A stretch of 63,899 bases of DNA, the filler included, from Craspedostauros australis (Eukaryota), in assembly GCA_030167865.1 (NCBI GenBank). It is 18 parts of 18 records of this genome, joined end to end, with 100 filler letters (N's around TTAATTAATTAA, not from the genome) between each part and the next. Parts side by side here need not be neighbours in the genome. Positions count along the whole stretch, not along the records: positions 17,448 to 40,470 come from JALAGF010001696.1; positions 40,571 to 42,936 come from JALAGF010001697.1; positions 43,037 to 45,059 come from JALAGF010001701.1; positions 45,160 to 47,156 come from JALAGF010001702.1; positions 47,257 to 49,818 come from JALAGF010001703.1; 13 more parts are not named here. One strand, given 5' to 3'. The notes under the pieces are model-generated. The model saw only the letters and a program-made list of their open reading frames with translations, did no database searches and was not told the DNA's origin. Within the stretch, counting starts at the first letter, position 1. Every line of letters starts with the position of its first letter. The translations under genes and the position numbers were made by a program. Positions 37,331-49,918 of this stretch are shown in pieces.

Positions 37331-39050
37331 TTATGAGTAGTCCTTCATGTAGCACTTAACTTGGTGATTCCTGTAGGGCTGTCTCAGCTTGTGCAGGGCC
37401 CGTGCCTCAATCTGCCGTATGCGCTCCCGCGTGACCGAGAATCGTCTTCCGATCTCCTCCAGCGTCTTCGCCTTTCCATCATCCAGACCAAACCGCATTC
37501 GGATCACCGCCTGTTCCCTCGAGTTCAATGTGCAGATCAGTCTTGAGATATCGTCCTTGAGCATCTGGTAGGAGGCCTCGTCAACAGGTTTCTGCTCCGG
37601 ATCGCCCATCATGTCTCCCAGAGTGAGCCCTCCGGCGCCGCCGAGTCCGGCCGCGGATCCTTTGGACTTCGATGATGTGATTTCGGTCTCCATGGAGATC
37701 GAGTTCTGGGCCACGCGATGCAGGAAATCGATCTTTTCGGTCTTCAGCTTCGTGCGCTCCGTCAGCTCCTCCGCTGTTGCTTCACGTCCCAGCTCCGCCC
37801 GCAGCTCGCGTTCTGATTTTCGCAGCGAGTTGAGCTGGTCGTGGATGTGCACCGGAAGGCGGATGGTTCTGCCCTGATCCGCAATGGCTCTCATGATGCT
37901 CTGCTTGATCCACCAGGTGGCGTAGGTACTGAAACGGAAGCCCCTCTCTGGATCGAACTTCTCGCAGGCACGTGTGAGTCCCAGAATGCCCTCCTGCGAG
38001 AGGTCCTGGAAGGAGAGGCCTCTCTTTTGGTATCGTTTGGCGATGGAAACGACGAGGCGCACGTTTGACTCCGTCAGCGCGGTCTTTGCTCGCAGCGATC
38101 TGCGGATCTGCTTTTTGAGGTCGGTGACGGACATGTTGGGGTCGATCTCCTGCGCCCACTCCAGGTAGGTTGGCGGCCTACCGTTGTTGTTGTTGTTGTT
38201 GATGGTTTGTGGGGAGCGATGGAGAGGAAGGAAGTGTGGAGTACGCGGTTGTGTTAGCTGTGGGTTGCGTTGCACCGTCATGGCATGTTGGCCATAGCGG
38301 ATTTGTCAGCAAGCAAGCAAGCAATCAGGCAGGCAATCAAGCAGAGGCCGAAAGTTGGACTCTGTGTGTGTGTGTGTGTGTGTGTGTCTGTGTGGAGAGC
38401 AGTGCAGCACGATCTCACCTCTGCAAGTGCGCTTCAAGTGTCTCGCGCTTGTCCTCCCACTTGATCAGCATCTGGATCTCACGCGCAAGGATGATCTCCT
38501 CGTTCTTGTTGAGGAGCTCGTGATCACACATGGACTTGATGTAGTGCCTCATGCCATCGTACGCCGTCTCCTTCATCTTGGGTCTGCCTCGCGGCTTGTT
38601 GGCCGCGTTGTTTCGTTTGGTGAGCTCGGCGAGTTCCGTGTTGAGGTCCACCGCGATGGTCTTGATCTTGTTGGAGGCGGCGCCCTTGGTCTCGATCTGT
38701 TCCTCCGGTGGAGCGAAGCCGCCATTGGGGATGTCCATGAGCGCGGCCATGCCAGCCGCGTCGGCTGTTGCGAGCGACGGCGCGGACTTGGCCGCTGCTG
38801 CGGCTGCCATGGCGGTGGACGGCCCCCAGAGCTCGTGCTCCGACGTGGCTGGGGCGATCTCCTGGTCCATTGGTGCCAGCGACGCACCGAGCTGGATGCG
38901 CCTTGATGTGTGCTTGGAGATTGTGGATTTGAGCGAAGAGATGCGGGAGCCGGAGTGCTGCCTGTCGCTGGCGGCTGACATGGACATCACGCCGAAGCCT
39001 TCGGCCTGTGTGGCCAGGAGCGTCGTGACGATGGCTGATGCAAACAGCAT
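37331..39050 (-). CDS. Nucleus-encoded plastid RNA polymerase sigma-70 factor (2 exons: 39050-38419, 38177-37331)
   Basis: Region 1.2 ([21 protein letters not shown]), region 2 ([38 protein letters not shown]) and region 4 HTH ([20 protein letters not shown]). GT-AG intron 38418-38178. Signal peptide ends AEG|FG. Confidence 0.95.
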
Positions 39051-41147
39051 TGTGATGGGTTGGCTGGTGGGATTGGTTGGATTGATTGGATCGGCAGCGA
39101 GTGTGGCACTATTTGAGCGGATGCGTGCGTCCGTCGATGTCCTGGTATCTGCTGGGTTTCTGGTTCTATGCGAAGTGCGAAGCGGTCTGCTGGTGCGCAC
39201 GATTCCTGTTGGGGAGAGGTGAGTAGTGCGTAGTGCGTAGCGCGTAGTGAGTGGCGATCGTGGAGTGCCTTCGTTCGATGTTGTCTCGTTGATGATTTTA
39301 TGGGCACAACGCAGTGATGGCTCTCTTGGGACGAAGCGAGAGTGGAGATTACTGTGGTGATGGGTCGGGCTGATACTGATGGCTGTCGTGACGCTTGATG
39401 TCCAGGCAACAACACCAGAATACTTTTCCTGTATTGTGTGGTTGGCTGGGGCCGGCCGCAAAAGAGAGATTGGATGTTGATGTGTCCGTGTTTCTTCACG
39501 AGGCGTGGCAGCCAGTAAAGGACTTGTTCGCGCTGTCCGTGCTGATGGTAGCGGCGGAAAGGGCCACGAAAGAAAGCTGCTGCTGTGCTGTCTCTGTGTC
39601 TGTCTCAAATTACGAACAACCGCAGGCATCACGCACATCTGTGGCTGTGGCTGTGCCTGGGCTGTACTTGCGACCTCTTGTTTTTGCGGTGGGACGCTTG
39701 CCTGCCGCTTTGCTGACACGTTGACAATAGTTCGGAGTCGACTCAGCGGAACGAAATCGCTCCGAGGAGGAAACAGAGAAAAGGGGTGGCTGAGAATACA
39801 CGAACTGACGTGAGTGACCATCGTGGTAACAGAGCAGCGCCCTCTGACTGCGCAGCCCGGCACCGAGCCGTTTTGGGGATTTGTGTGGTCACGGCAGACA
39901 GACACCACCGAACATTCTTCGCCCACGCATCTATTTTGATTGGCTGCTGTTGTGTGATGCAATTCAAGGACACTTAATCGTGATCCGTCGAATTCGGCGA
40001 CTTCATCCGAATCAGGAACTTCCAGAACTGGTCCAACTATTCTCTCTACTCTCGATACATAAGTCTAGAGAGACATAAAGAACATCGCAGTCCTCGGCGG
40101 AGTGTGGTGGTTGCTCAAGGAGGGTTGATTGTCTCTCACCTCTCCATCTCCGGGCAAAGGGTGCCGTTCCTCTCCTCCTTTTCGAACTATTCTATTATAA
40201 TATTCTATATAAAAATGCATTATTAGTAGGGCACACCTCTTTTCGCGGAGCGAGACCCATCAACCGTTTCGATAACATGTCGATCATCTTCCAAAACAGC
40301 CAACAAGTGAGATGGAGCCAGCGTCGGTAAGCAGCTCGTGTAATACTTGAGTAAATTGAAGACAGCTGTGTCATGGACTCTCGATTAATAAGACCCGGGT
40401 TCAACAGGATCGATGGATATTCCCCGATGATTCCATATTGCTGCCGCTTAAACTTCACACATCGATAGCCNNNNNNNNNNNNNNNNNNNNNNNNNNNNNN
40501 NNNNNNNNNNNNNNTTAATTAATTAANNNNNNNNNNNNNNNNNNNNNNNNNNNNNNNNNNNNNNNNNNNNTAGCATATTATGTGTATGCGACACGAAATC
40601 GCGACTTGTCCAAAAATGAAGAACACATTTGTCCGAATTGACACAATGTAACATGTCGCAGTACTCTGAAACTTGTTTTCGGCATCACGCCCGTCCGCCA
40701 AACGACACGAAAATGACACTCGTTTGCACAAGCGAACCTCACAACTAACCAAGCACGAGATTGAGGATCGGGCGAGAGCGGGGATCAGGCACGCCCGGCG
40801 CGCAACTTCAGCGCTTGACGGGAACTACGTCATAAAGCACGACTCGATTCAGCTCAATCACGAGCTCATGGAGTCGTGAGTGGACAAATTACCGTGTTCC
40901 CCTGCAACAAACCCGCAAATCCAAACAGCCAATTCGCAATCGCCAAAAATTCATGCCGACAAGCAACGGTTATCCAAGACTCGTCATTCATGAATACGAA
41001 GCGTACAGACTAATCTAGAGTCTTGCCTCTCGAGATGGAAACCTTGATCGCTATTCCACTCAGGCCATCAAGGATCGTTGAAGATCATACGTATCATAGT
41101 ATAGTTGGAATAAATAGCGTGTGAAAGATTATCACTCCATGCTTCCA

Positions 41148-42522
41148 TCAATCTACCGCATTGACTGAGGAATCAGTGCCTCCAGAGATCACATCCTTGG
41201 CCACCAACAATGCCATTTCAAAGTCCGCCACAAGATCGTCACGATCTTCCATTCCGATGCTAACACGAAGCAACCCTGGGGGACTGACGACGCGTCCCTC
41301 CGGTTCGATGCTTGCTCTGTGTTCAATCAAAGTCTCCGTCCCACCGAGGCTCGTTGCTCTCCGCACTGTTTGCAACGCAGCGGCGAAAGCGGTTGCCCAC
41401 ACTGCATCTTCCAACTCGATGCTCAACACGCCTCCAAATCCTTTCGGCATCTGCTGCTTGGCTAGGTCGTGGTTTGGATTGGATGCCAGCCCAGGATAGT
41501 GCACACGCTTGATCATTTCGCTCGCTTCCAGCTTGGATGCGCAGTACAAGGCAGTTTGGGACATGCGTTCGGCACGGATGTGCAGAGTCCGCAAGCCACG
41601 CAGGACGAGCCACGAATCGAAAGGTGACGCCACGCCACCCACCGCAACTTGCGTTTCCTGCAACAACGGGGCAAGGCGCCTGCCGTTCTCTGTGAACGGC
41701 GAAGCTGTCGCTACTCCCACCAGGGCATCGGAATGGCCTCCGAGCGATTTGGTCGCAGAATGCATCACCAGGTCAGGTCCGAACTGATGAAATGAATGCA
41801 TGATGTAGGATGCATGGTGCGTGGGGTGTATATCATGTGGCACGAGTAGTCGTATGGATGGCACATGCAGTATGGGAATGTCATTCCACGTATGTGGCGT
41901 TGCAAGAGGCTTGTCAGTGGCATGCTGGAGAAGCTTAGATCCAGATTCCTTTCAAGAGCGTCGTGTTTGGACAATTCATCGATTCACTCTGCGAATCCGC
42001 GAATCTGCAAAGGCCGCACACTCACAAACACTCACATCATGCTGCACCTACTCGTACCTTCAGCGTTTGCATCAATACTGGCGGGATCAACGTGGAATCC
42101 ACAGCGATGGTCGTCTTGGGAGACATAGATCGCACCAAATCGCAGATGCGTTGGATATCCAAAACATCGAGCATGGGATTCGATGGTGATTCCATCCAAA
42201 CGATCGTGTCTTCCTCAGGATCGCTCTTTCTCACAGCATCAAGCACGCTTTGCGGTTCCAACATGTCCACCTGCTCCATTCGCACGCCATGACGCGAGAA
42301 CACGTCCAAGCCAAGCGTCATCAGCCCATGGTAGCAGCTCCTGCCAGCAATCAGACGGACCGGCGACTTGTGAGCCAGCAGGATTGAGGCAACAGCCATC
42401 ATGCCCGACGAGAATGCATACGTCGTCGGCTGTGCGTGACCATTTCCGTCTGCATTGACAGTGGCGCAAATGCTATCGCCGGTTGCATCAAGTAGCCAGT
42501 TAGTATTCCGTGTCTTCTGCAC
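41148..42522 (-). CDS. Cys/Met metabolism PLP enzyme (cystathionine gamma-synthase/lyase family); 5' end unresolved
   Basis: Motifs AFSSGMMA, WMESPSNP, VDST, PLP-lysine HSATKSLGGHSD, RGLRTL, VHYPGL, TSLGGTETL and LLRVSIGMED. GT-AG intron 42057-41784. Confidence 0.88.
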
Positions 42523-43036
42523 GTTGTCAGGAGGATGGTTTGTCCTTCAACCGGTTTTGACGCCGTTTGATGTTGAGAACAAAGCTGAATCAGACGATGA
42601 TGTAACTGTAGTAGACTTGAAGGTAAACTGGTAAGATTGTTTCTGATTGCTTGTTTTATGTGTTAAGCTTACTGTTGACAGGACGATCGAGTAAAAGGGC
42701 AGGATTCATGCTATCGTGCTTGAGCCGTTTGTGTTGTACAGCAACATGTCGTGATGGTTCTGCACATACCCAGCTGTTCAGTAGCCCCATCTGTAGAGCA
42801 GTACTTGATCCACGGGTGTGGATATGCTTCAAGATGCCTGCAGGATTCGCAAGATGGTTAGCTGAACAGGTGGCGCGGTTGCATGAGCTGGAGGATGAGC
42901 AGAGCATGGATTGTGGTTCAACTATACACCATGCGCNNNNNNNNNNNNNNNNNNNNNNNNNNNNNNNNNNNNNNNNNNNNTTAATTAATTAANNNNNNNN
43001 NNNNNNNNNNNNNNNNNNNNNNNNNNNNNNNNNNNN

Positions 43037-45059
43037 GAAAGGATTCTTCGCGTCCTGGCCGGGACTCACAGAGCAACTAATTCAAAAATTCCTTCCACCT
43101 TCCGATGCAACGGCAGCAGGCCACATGCGTCAACAGTACCAGAACACCCAATCCACGAAGAACCGGTGCAATCACGGCAACCAGTCCACCAAGAATGCCC
43201 CCGAACCCCATGACGTGTTCATGGACGTTTTTCGGCCAACAGGGAAGACGTACACCGATCAAACTGGACGTTTCCCGGTGACGTCAAGCAGAGGCAACCA
43301 GTACATCATGATACTCTACGATCATGATTCGAACGCCATTCTATCACGCCCCATGCGCAGTCGCCACGCATCAGAACTCACGCGAGCATGCGGCGAACTA
43401 CTGGATGTTCTCCTGCGAGCGGGTCTCAAGCCACGATTCCACCGAATGGACAACGAGGCGCCTGCAGAGCTCAAGCAGCTCATCCAAGCCAAAAACATGG
43501 AATACCAACTAGTTCCACCAGGCATCCATCGGCGCAACGCCGCCGAAAGAGCAATATCAACATGGAAAGATCACTTCATCGCAGGTCTGGCAACAGCCGA
43601 CGACGACTTCCCATTACATCTATGGTGCCGAATGCTACCTCAGTGCGACATCACACTCAATCTGCTCCGGCCATCACGAGTGAACCCACACGTCTCCGCG
43701 TATCACGTCCTCCATGGAAACTTCGATTTCAACGCGACACCCCTCGCACCACCAGGCACGAAAGCCATCGCACACGACAAGCCAGCAAAACGAGCCACAT
43801 GGGCACCGCACGGAACCAAAGGATGGTACATCGCACCAGCCATGGAGCACTACCGATGCTACCAAATCTACTGCACCAACACGCGGAAAGTCCGCATCAC
43901 CGACACCGTCGAACTCAAGCCAAGTCGTTGCGCAACCCCGATGCCAACCAACGCAGAGCTAGCCATCAAAGCCGCAGGCGACCTGGCCGAGGCACTCAAA
44001 ACGCCCTGCCCACCAATACAAGCAGTCGGCGACCAGCAACTAGGCGCGTTGGAGGAACTCAGCCGAATCTTCCAAACGGTCGCCCCAACCAAACGAGATG
44101 CACCACTTCCGAGGGTGCCGGAACGCACAACAGTCCCAGCGACGACGGCGGCAACAAACACTCGAACAAGCCAACCACACGCTGTCCACCAGCACACGCC
44201 AGCACCTCCGAGGGTGCCAGAGACGGCGCCGGCGGTGACGGACGACGAAAACTCCGGCGACGAAGATGACGACGACACACCACCAAGCGAAACGACCAGC
44301 GCAACCCGCACGAGACTACGCACAGGCGCCATCCAGCGACGACGATGGGACGCCAAAGCCCCAAAGGCCAACGCCGTCATCGACGAACGCACCGGAACCG
44401 CATACGAGTACCGGCATCTCGTCGCAGGAAAAGTGCATGGCCACACACCCGAGCAGTGGTACCAATCATTTGCCAACGAAATCGGAAGACTGGCACAGGG
44501 CATCGGCACGCGCATTCCCGCGACAGCGGCCACAAACACCATCTTCTTCATCCCGAGAAACAAAGTCCCCAAGGATCGAACCATCACATACGGACGCATC
44601 GTGTGCGCCGTGCGACCACAGAAGGCCGAAACCCACCGCACTCGCCTCACCGTAGGCGGCAACCTCATCGACTACCCGTTCGACGTGCACACACCAACCG
44701 CCGAACTGACAACAGCCAAGTGTCTCTTCAACAGTGTGATCTCTACGCCAGCAGCCAAGTTCATGACCATCGACATCAAAGACTTTTACCTCAACACCGA
44801 GATGGAGCGCTACGAATACATGCGAATGCCCATCGCCATGATGCCACCAGAAGTCGTCGAGCAATACAAACTCCACGACCTCGAACACAAAGGCAACGTG
44901 TATGTGGAGGTACGCAAGGGCATGTACGGCCTCCCACAGGCCGGAAAAATCGCGAATGTGAAACTCCAGAAACATCTCGCAAAATTCGGATACCGCCCAG
45001 TCGTGCACACGCCTGGACTGTGGAAACACGATTGCAGACCCATCACTTTCACCCTGGTC
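43037..45059 (+). mobile_element. pol: Ty1/Copia (diatom CoDi-type, family B) integrase plus reverse transcriptase fragment
   Basis: Integrase YTDQTGRFP..RMDNE..RNAAERAI precedes RT motifs RTRLTVGGN, FMTIDIKDFYL and KGMYGLPQAG, which is the Copia domain order. Confidence 0.95.
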
Positions 45060-45159
45060 NNNNNNNNNNNNNNNNNNNNNNNNNNNNNNNNNNNNNNNNN
45101 NNNTTAATTAATTAANNNNNNNNNNNNNNNNNNNNNNNNNNNNNNNNNNNNNNNNNNNN

Positions 45160-47156
45160 GGCGGCGTTGCGCCGATGGATGCCTGGTGGAACTAGTTGGT
45201 ATTCCATGTTTTTGGCTTGGATGAGCTGCTTGAGCTCTGCAGGCGCCTCGTTGTCCATTCGGTGGAATCGTGGCTTGAGACCCGCTCGCAGGAGAACATC
45301 CAGTAGTTCGCCGCATGCTCGCGTGAGTTCTGATGCGTGGCGACTGCGCATGGGGCGTGATAGAATGGCGTTCGAATCATGATCGTAGAGTATCATGATG
45401 TACTGGTTGCCTCTGCTTGACGTCACCGGGAAACGTCCAGTTTGATCGGTGTACGTCTTCCCTGTTGGCCGAAAAACGTCCATGAACACGTCATGGGGTT
45501 CGGGGGCATTCTTGGTGGACTGGTTGCCGTGATTGCACCGGTTCTTCGTGGATTGGGTGTTCTGGTACTGTTGACGCATGTGGCCTGCTGCCGTTGCATC
45601 GGAAGGTGGAAGGAATTTTTGAATTAGTTGCTCTGTGAGTCCCGGCCAGGACGCGAAGAATCCTTTCGTTATGGCGGTTGTGAAAGTTGCCACCGAGGGG
45701 CTGAAGCAACACTGGTGGAAAAATTTGGCGAGCTCCGTCTTGGTTGACGTGTGGTGGATGTGATTGGCTGACTGCCGGACTACCAATTCATGTGGTGTGA
45801 TGTTCACGCGATACATGCCGTCAACTTGATGCCGACGACCGGTGTGAATCGTGGTTCCGTTTCGGCGAACACGTACTGCTTCTTGGTCAAACTCGACTGT
45901 CATACCGTGGTCACACAGTTGTCCCACGGATAGGAGTGCTGCGCTGGTGAGTTGTGGAAAAACTCGCGCGGTGCATGCGTGTTGGGGCACGTTGGTCATG
46001 CTCACCGTTGCTTGGTGCGACGATTCAATCGTCGAACCATCAGGCAGCATCACTGTGAGTGGATTTTTGTCGTTTGTCTTGTTGAGGCACGGATCGGTCG
46101 CTCGCAGGAAATGGCTGGTACAGCCAGAGTCGACAATGGCTAGGGCAGGCACACAGGGTGATGAATTCGTGATGGAGTTCACTACTTGGTTACTGTGTTC
46201 CTGCCGTTTTTGTCATGCGTTCGTCGGTGCTCCCGCGTTGGACCCTCCCATGGTGTTGCTTCGGGTCGCCTCACGCTTGTGTCCTTCGGCGGGCTTGTTG
46301 CAGGTGGCGCTGTTGTGTGTGGCGCTGACCTTGTAGCCGTGCGTCCAGCAGTACGAGTTGTGCTTGTGTTTGTGCGTCTTCGCGGTTATTCCTCCTGCTC
46401 CTGCTCCCGCGGCGTTGATCTGAATCTTGGACACCATGGCGGTGATCTCGGACAGTTGCTTGACCAAGGTCGCGTTGCTTTCGGTGAGAAGGGTGACTGC
46501 GTTGCGGTCGGCTGCAGTGGCTGACGCAAGGTTCGCGAGAGCTTCGGCTGTCTCTTCGGCTGTTGTAGCTGCGTTGGCTCCTTGGAATCCCGAAGTCGTG
46601 GTTGACGACTGGGCTTCGCGGTGGTCTTGGTGGGCGGCTGCGAAGTCGGCTTTGAACCGTGGCCAGGTCTTGTCGGCGGCACTGAGGGCGCGGAAAGAAC
46701 GGCATGCTTCGGGGAACTCCTGTGTTTGGAACACAAGGTTGTACGCGGTGTTGACCAGCTGGTGATCGGTGTACGGTGTCTTGGCTGCCGCGGCAAGATC
46801 GCGCGCGGATTCGATCTGTGCGACGAGCACCTCGAAAGGCTCCGCTGGATCGTAGGCAGTCTTCATGGCCTTGTCGTTGGCATCCAGGTCTTGAGGGGTG
46901 ATCTTGCCGTACGTGCTGTGCAGGTGCGTGAGCAGCTGCAAGGTGGAGACGTTGGCGTATCCCACAATGTTGTGCCGAAGGGTTCGCACGTATTGATCCT
47001 CCACGGCGCCAAGAAGTTGTTGTTTGAGCGCGTTGTCGACGGCGCGGTACTCTCTCCACAGGCGCTCTTGTTCCTTGTGGATGCTGGTGGCTGCGCTGAT
47101 CTGTGCTGCTGTGGCTCCCGTTGGGATGACTGGATGCGGTCCTGGATTGGCTGGTA
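45160..47156 (-). mobile_element. gag-pol: Same Copia family B: gag (47156-46213), protease and integrase N-terminus (46212-45160)
   Basis: gag ends with YCWTHG..HNSATC..EGH. Protease AIVDSGCTSH. 45160-45667 is the reverse complement of 43037-43544, so the two contigs tile one element. Confidence 0.93.
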
Positions 47157-47256
47157 NNNNNNNNNNNNNNNNNNNNNNNNNNNNNNNNNNNNNNNNNNNN
47201 TTAATTAATTAANNNNNNNNNNNNNNNNNNNNNNNNNNNNNNNNNNNNNNNNNNNN

Positions 47257-49818
47257 AATCGTCTGTTCAGATTCCTTCTTGGACGTGGCTGATATATCTG
47301 CTTGCATCATGAGGCACCGGTGGAGATTGTTGCCACCGTGGGTCTTGATTGTTGCCCGAAGCTCGTCTGCGCTGCGGGTGGAGTTGCGACGGTACTGTCT
47401 TCGCTTTCTTTTGTCCGCCGTCTTCTTTGCCAGCCTCGACATGATGAGTCCTGCATGAAACAGCCGAACGGACTTGTTCGCGTATGAATGATCATGAGAT
47501 GAAATTGCCTTCAGCGATGGAATGTAGTCTTTGCCCACTTCCAGCTCGCCGAGGTAGGTTGCAAGCTGTATCCGGGTCCAGTAGCAAACTGCCCAACGAG
47601 AGCGTTGCGAGCTCTGCACATCTGCGGCGAGAGGCATGTCGAATTTATCCTTCCAATGCTGCTTTGGTTGGTGCTGGGTTTCTCCACCTCGCGCTTGCGC
47701 AGACGAAACTCCAAGCAAATACTCGAGCATATCTTGCACATACGTATAGGTGTCGCTCAATGTGATGATGTTGTAATGTGCGACCTGTGCCATAAATATG
47801 CCACAAGCACTGTACAACGAGGCGAGTGGCAGCCCGCAAAGGAACGAATGCATCAAGGACATCCCCCAACACCTGTACGCCGACTCCAAATCCCCTGTCT
47901 CCATCCCTGCCAGTTGGCCACGTCGATAGTTCTCCAAGCAGACGTGCACAGGCTCTGCCCACGCTGTCAGGAAGCCCGTGCTGGTCATGAAAAATTTGCT
48001 CTTGATATTGGTTGAATCCGTTTGTTCGATGAGTTGTTGAGATAACGGCTTCGCTCGATTTGCAAACTTGAAGTCTTTCAGGATATGCATTGCCATCGTC
48101 GCTGTGAAGAATAGACCGTAAGCTCCTTCGCCGCTCAGTCCGTACTTGGTCATCAGTCTAGCTTGACGAAAGCCGGCGAGCAGGAGTGGCGCAGGCTTAT
48201 TAGCGAAGAAGGCCACTGTCCCCACTGATTGTAGGATCTGCATCGTCATGATAATTCTTGGATTCGTCATCGCAGGAAGATTGAGGACCTCTTCGTCGGT
48301 ATGCTTGCTAAAAAACTTCTTCAGCTTCATGAAGTCCCTCATGATCATGAAAACATAATTTCTCATCGGAAACGTTCCGAGCAACTTGAGTGATTGAAGG
48401 TACAAGTCCAGCGCCTCGCTGAAGCGTTGGGACCGAGCAAGGGCCACGGCGAGTGATGAGTTGATATGAACAATATCTTCGATGGAGTCAGCGCGGTGAT
48501 CCAGTATCGTTTGGCATAGCATTGAGCCTCTGTCGTAGTTCCCAAGGATCAGCTCAACTTCGGAGAGAGCACGATGTACCCCCATGCATATTTCGCGCTG
48601 GCTGTCCCAAGGGTGTGCGACCTCTGTATACAAGATAGCCAGTGCTTGGTTCAGGTAGTTCGCAGCTGGGACGAATGCAGCCACCCCAATGGCGAGCTGC
48701 CCAACCTTGAGATTCAGCTTGACCAAGTTAAGTGGCGCGATATTGTTTGACTCTGCCGTCGACGATGCTTCTTGAAGATGATCCGCGGCCACAAACCACA
48801 TCCAGTCTTCGCCCAGTGCTGGATCGGATGCGATATCCATGAGGTGCTTCCCAATTCGACTCTTCATTCGGTCAAGGTCGTCCCCGGGAGGAGTCAGCAA
48901 GAATGCCGCTTGTTGAATCCTATCGTGAACAAATCGAAAGGTCGCATCATTGGTGCGGGCATCGGCATTCTTACTCTGGGTGTCGACTGCGTTGGCGGAA
49001 ACGCCGTTTGAGGGATTCCCGGTGGACAATCCGAGTATTTTCGAATTTGTTTCTCCCCACGAATGCCGGTGTGCACGTGTACCTTGACCTCCAGCCCCAC
49101 CTCTATCTCCACCAACTCGTTCCAGAAATTCTTCCTTGACGGCCAAATCCAGGATGCTATCGAGACTCAGTCCCAGCGTGGATGGCATCATTCCTGCGTC
49201 TGCATCCTGCCCCTGTTCTCGTTCTCGCCCCTCTGTCTCTTGATGTTGCCACTGTCTCTCCCGATCAATCAATGCCTGCAGCACCGGTTGGCGGAATGTG
49301 GATCGCAAGAATGACGCCATGCGTAGGCAGGTTTGTAGGTCCTTTGGTAACGAACGCAGCTTTGATGTGATGATATCGACAACGTTGCGCGCTAAATCGA
49401 TCTCATCAGCTACAAGCTGCTCGTCCCACTCCCAATTCAGACCGTGGAGATTCAGTGTAAGGAGCTTGCGACGGTGCAGCCCTTCAAGCGCTTGCTTTGT
49501 GTAGAAGACGTTTCCTTTTGTTTTGTCGTAAAGTATCCTCGCCAGTGGGGATGCTGTGAACGTGTCCAGGTCAAGCGAAGCTGTCAGGAGCTCAATGGTC
49601 TGCGCAAGGGTAAGATCATCCAGAGGAATGTCATGGATGATCTTTCCGGATTCATTCCACTGAGAGATGGCGTTTGTGAGACGGTGGTGTGGGTCACTGT
49701 GGACTTCGTTGGAGCGATACGATCCGATGATGAGAAAGTTACGGATGGATCGATCGAGGAGGATCTCGGTGATGAGCGTGAGAGATCGGTCGTCGATCCA
49801 CTGGAGATCTACGCATAT
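47257..49818 (-). CDS. STAND-like AAA ATPase with helical/TPR-like C-terminal region (fragment, both ends missing)
   Basis: Manual translation from the contig edge gives DLQWID (Walker B region), FLIIGSYRSNEV and KTKGNVFY, in frame with ORF 47209..49320 carrying FRFVHDRIQQAA, LNLKVGQLAI..AAF..A and GMETGDLE. Confidence 0.82.
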
Positions 49819-49918
49819 NNNNNNNNNNNNNNNNNNNNNNNNNNNNNNNNNNNNNNNNNNNNTTAATTAATTAANNNNNNNNNNNNNNNNNNNNNNNNNN
49901 NNNNNNNNNNNNNNNNNN

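Noticed and set aside
37331..39050. Bacterial contamination or recent horizontal transfer of sigma-70
   Set aside because: It has a spliceosomal intron and a bipartite plastid presequence. Nucleus-encoded plastid sigma factors are normal in algae.
38415..39962. 515-aa N-terminal extension of the sigma factor (and 22804 start for the GNAT)
   Set aside because: The internal ATGs at 39050 and 23317 begin clear signal peptides, and the upstream in-frame sequence looks like UTR.
43037..45667. Large inverted repeat or head-to-head retrotransposon pair
   Set aside because: The 508-nt inverted match is an overlap between two separately assembled contigs on either side of a spacer.
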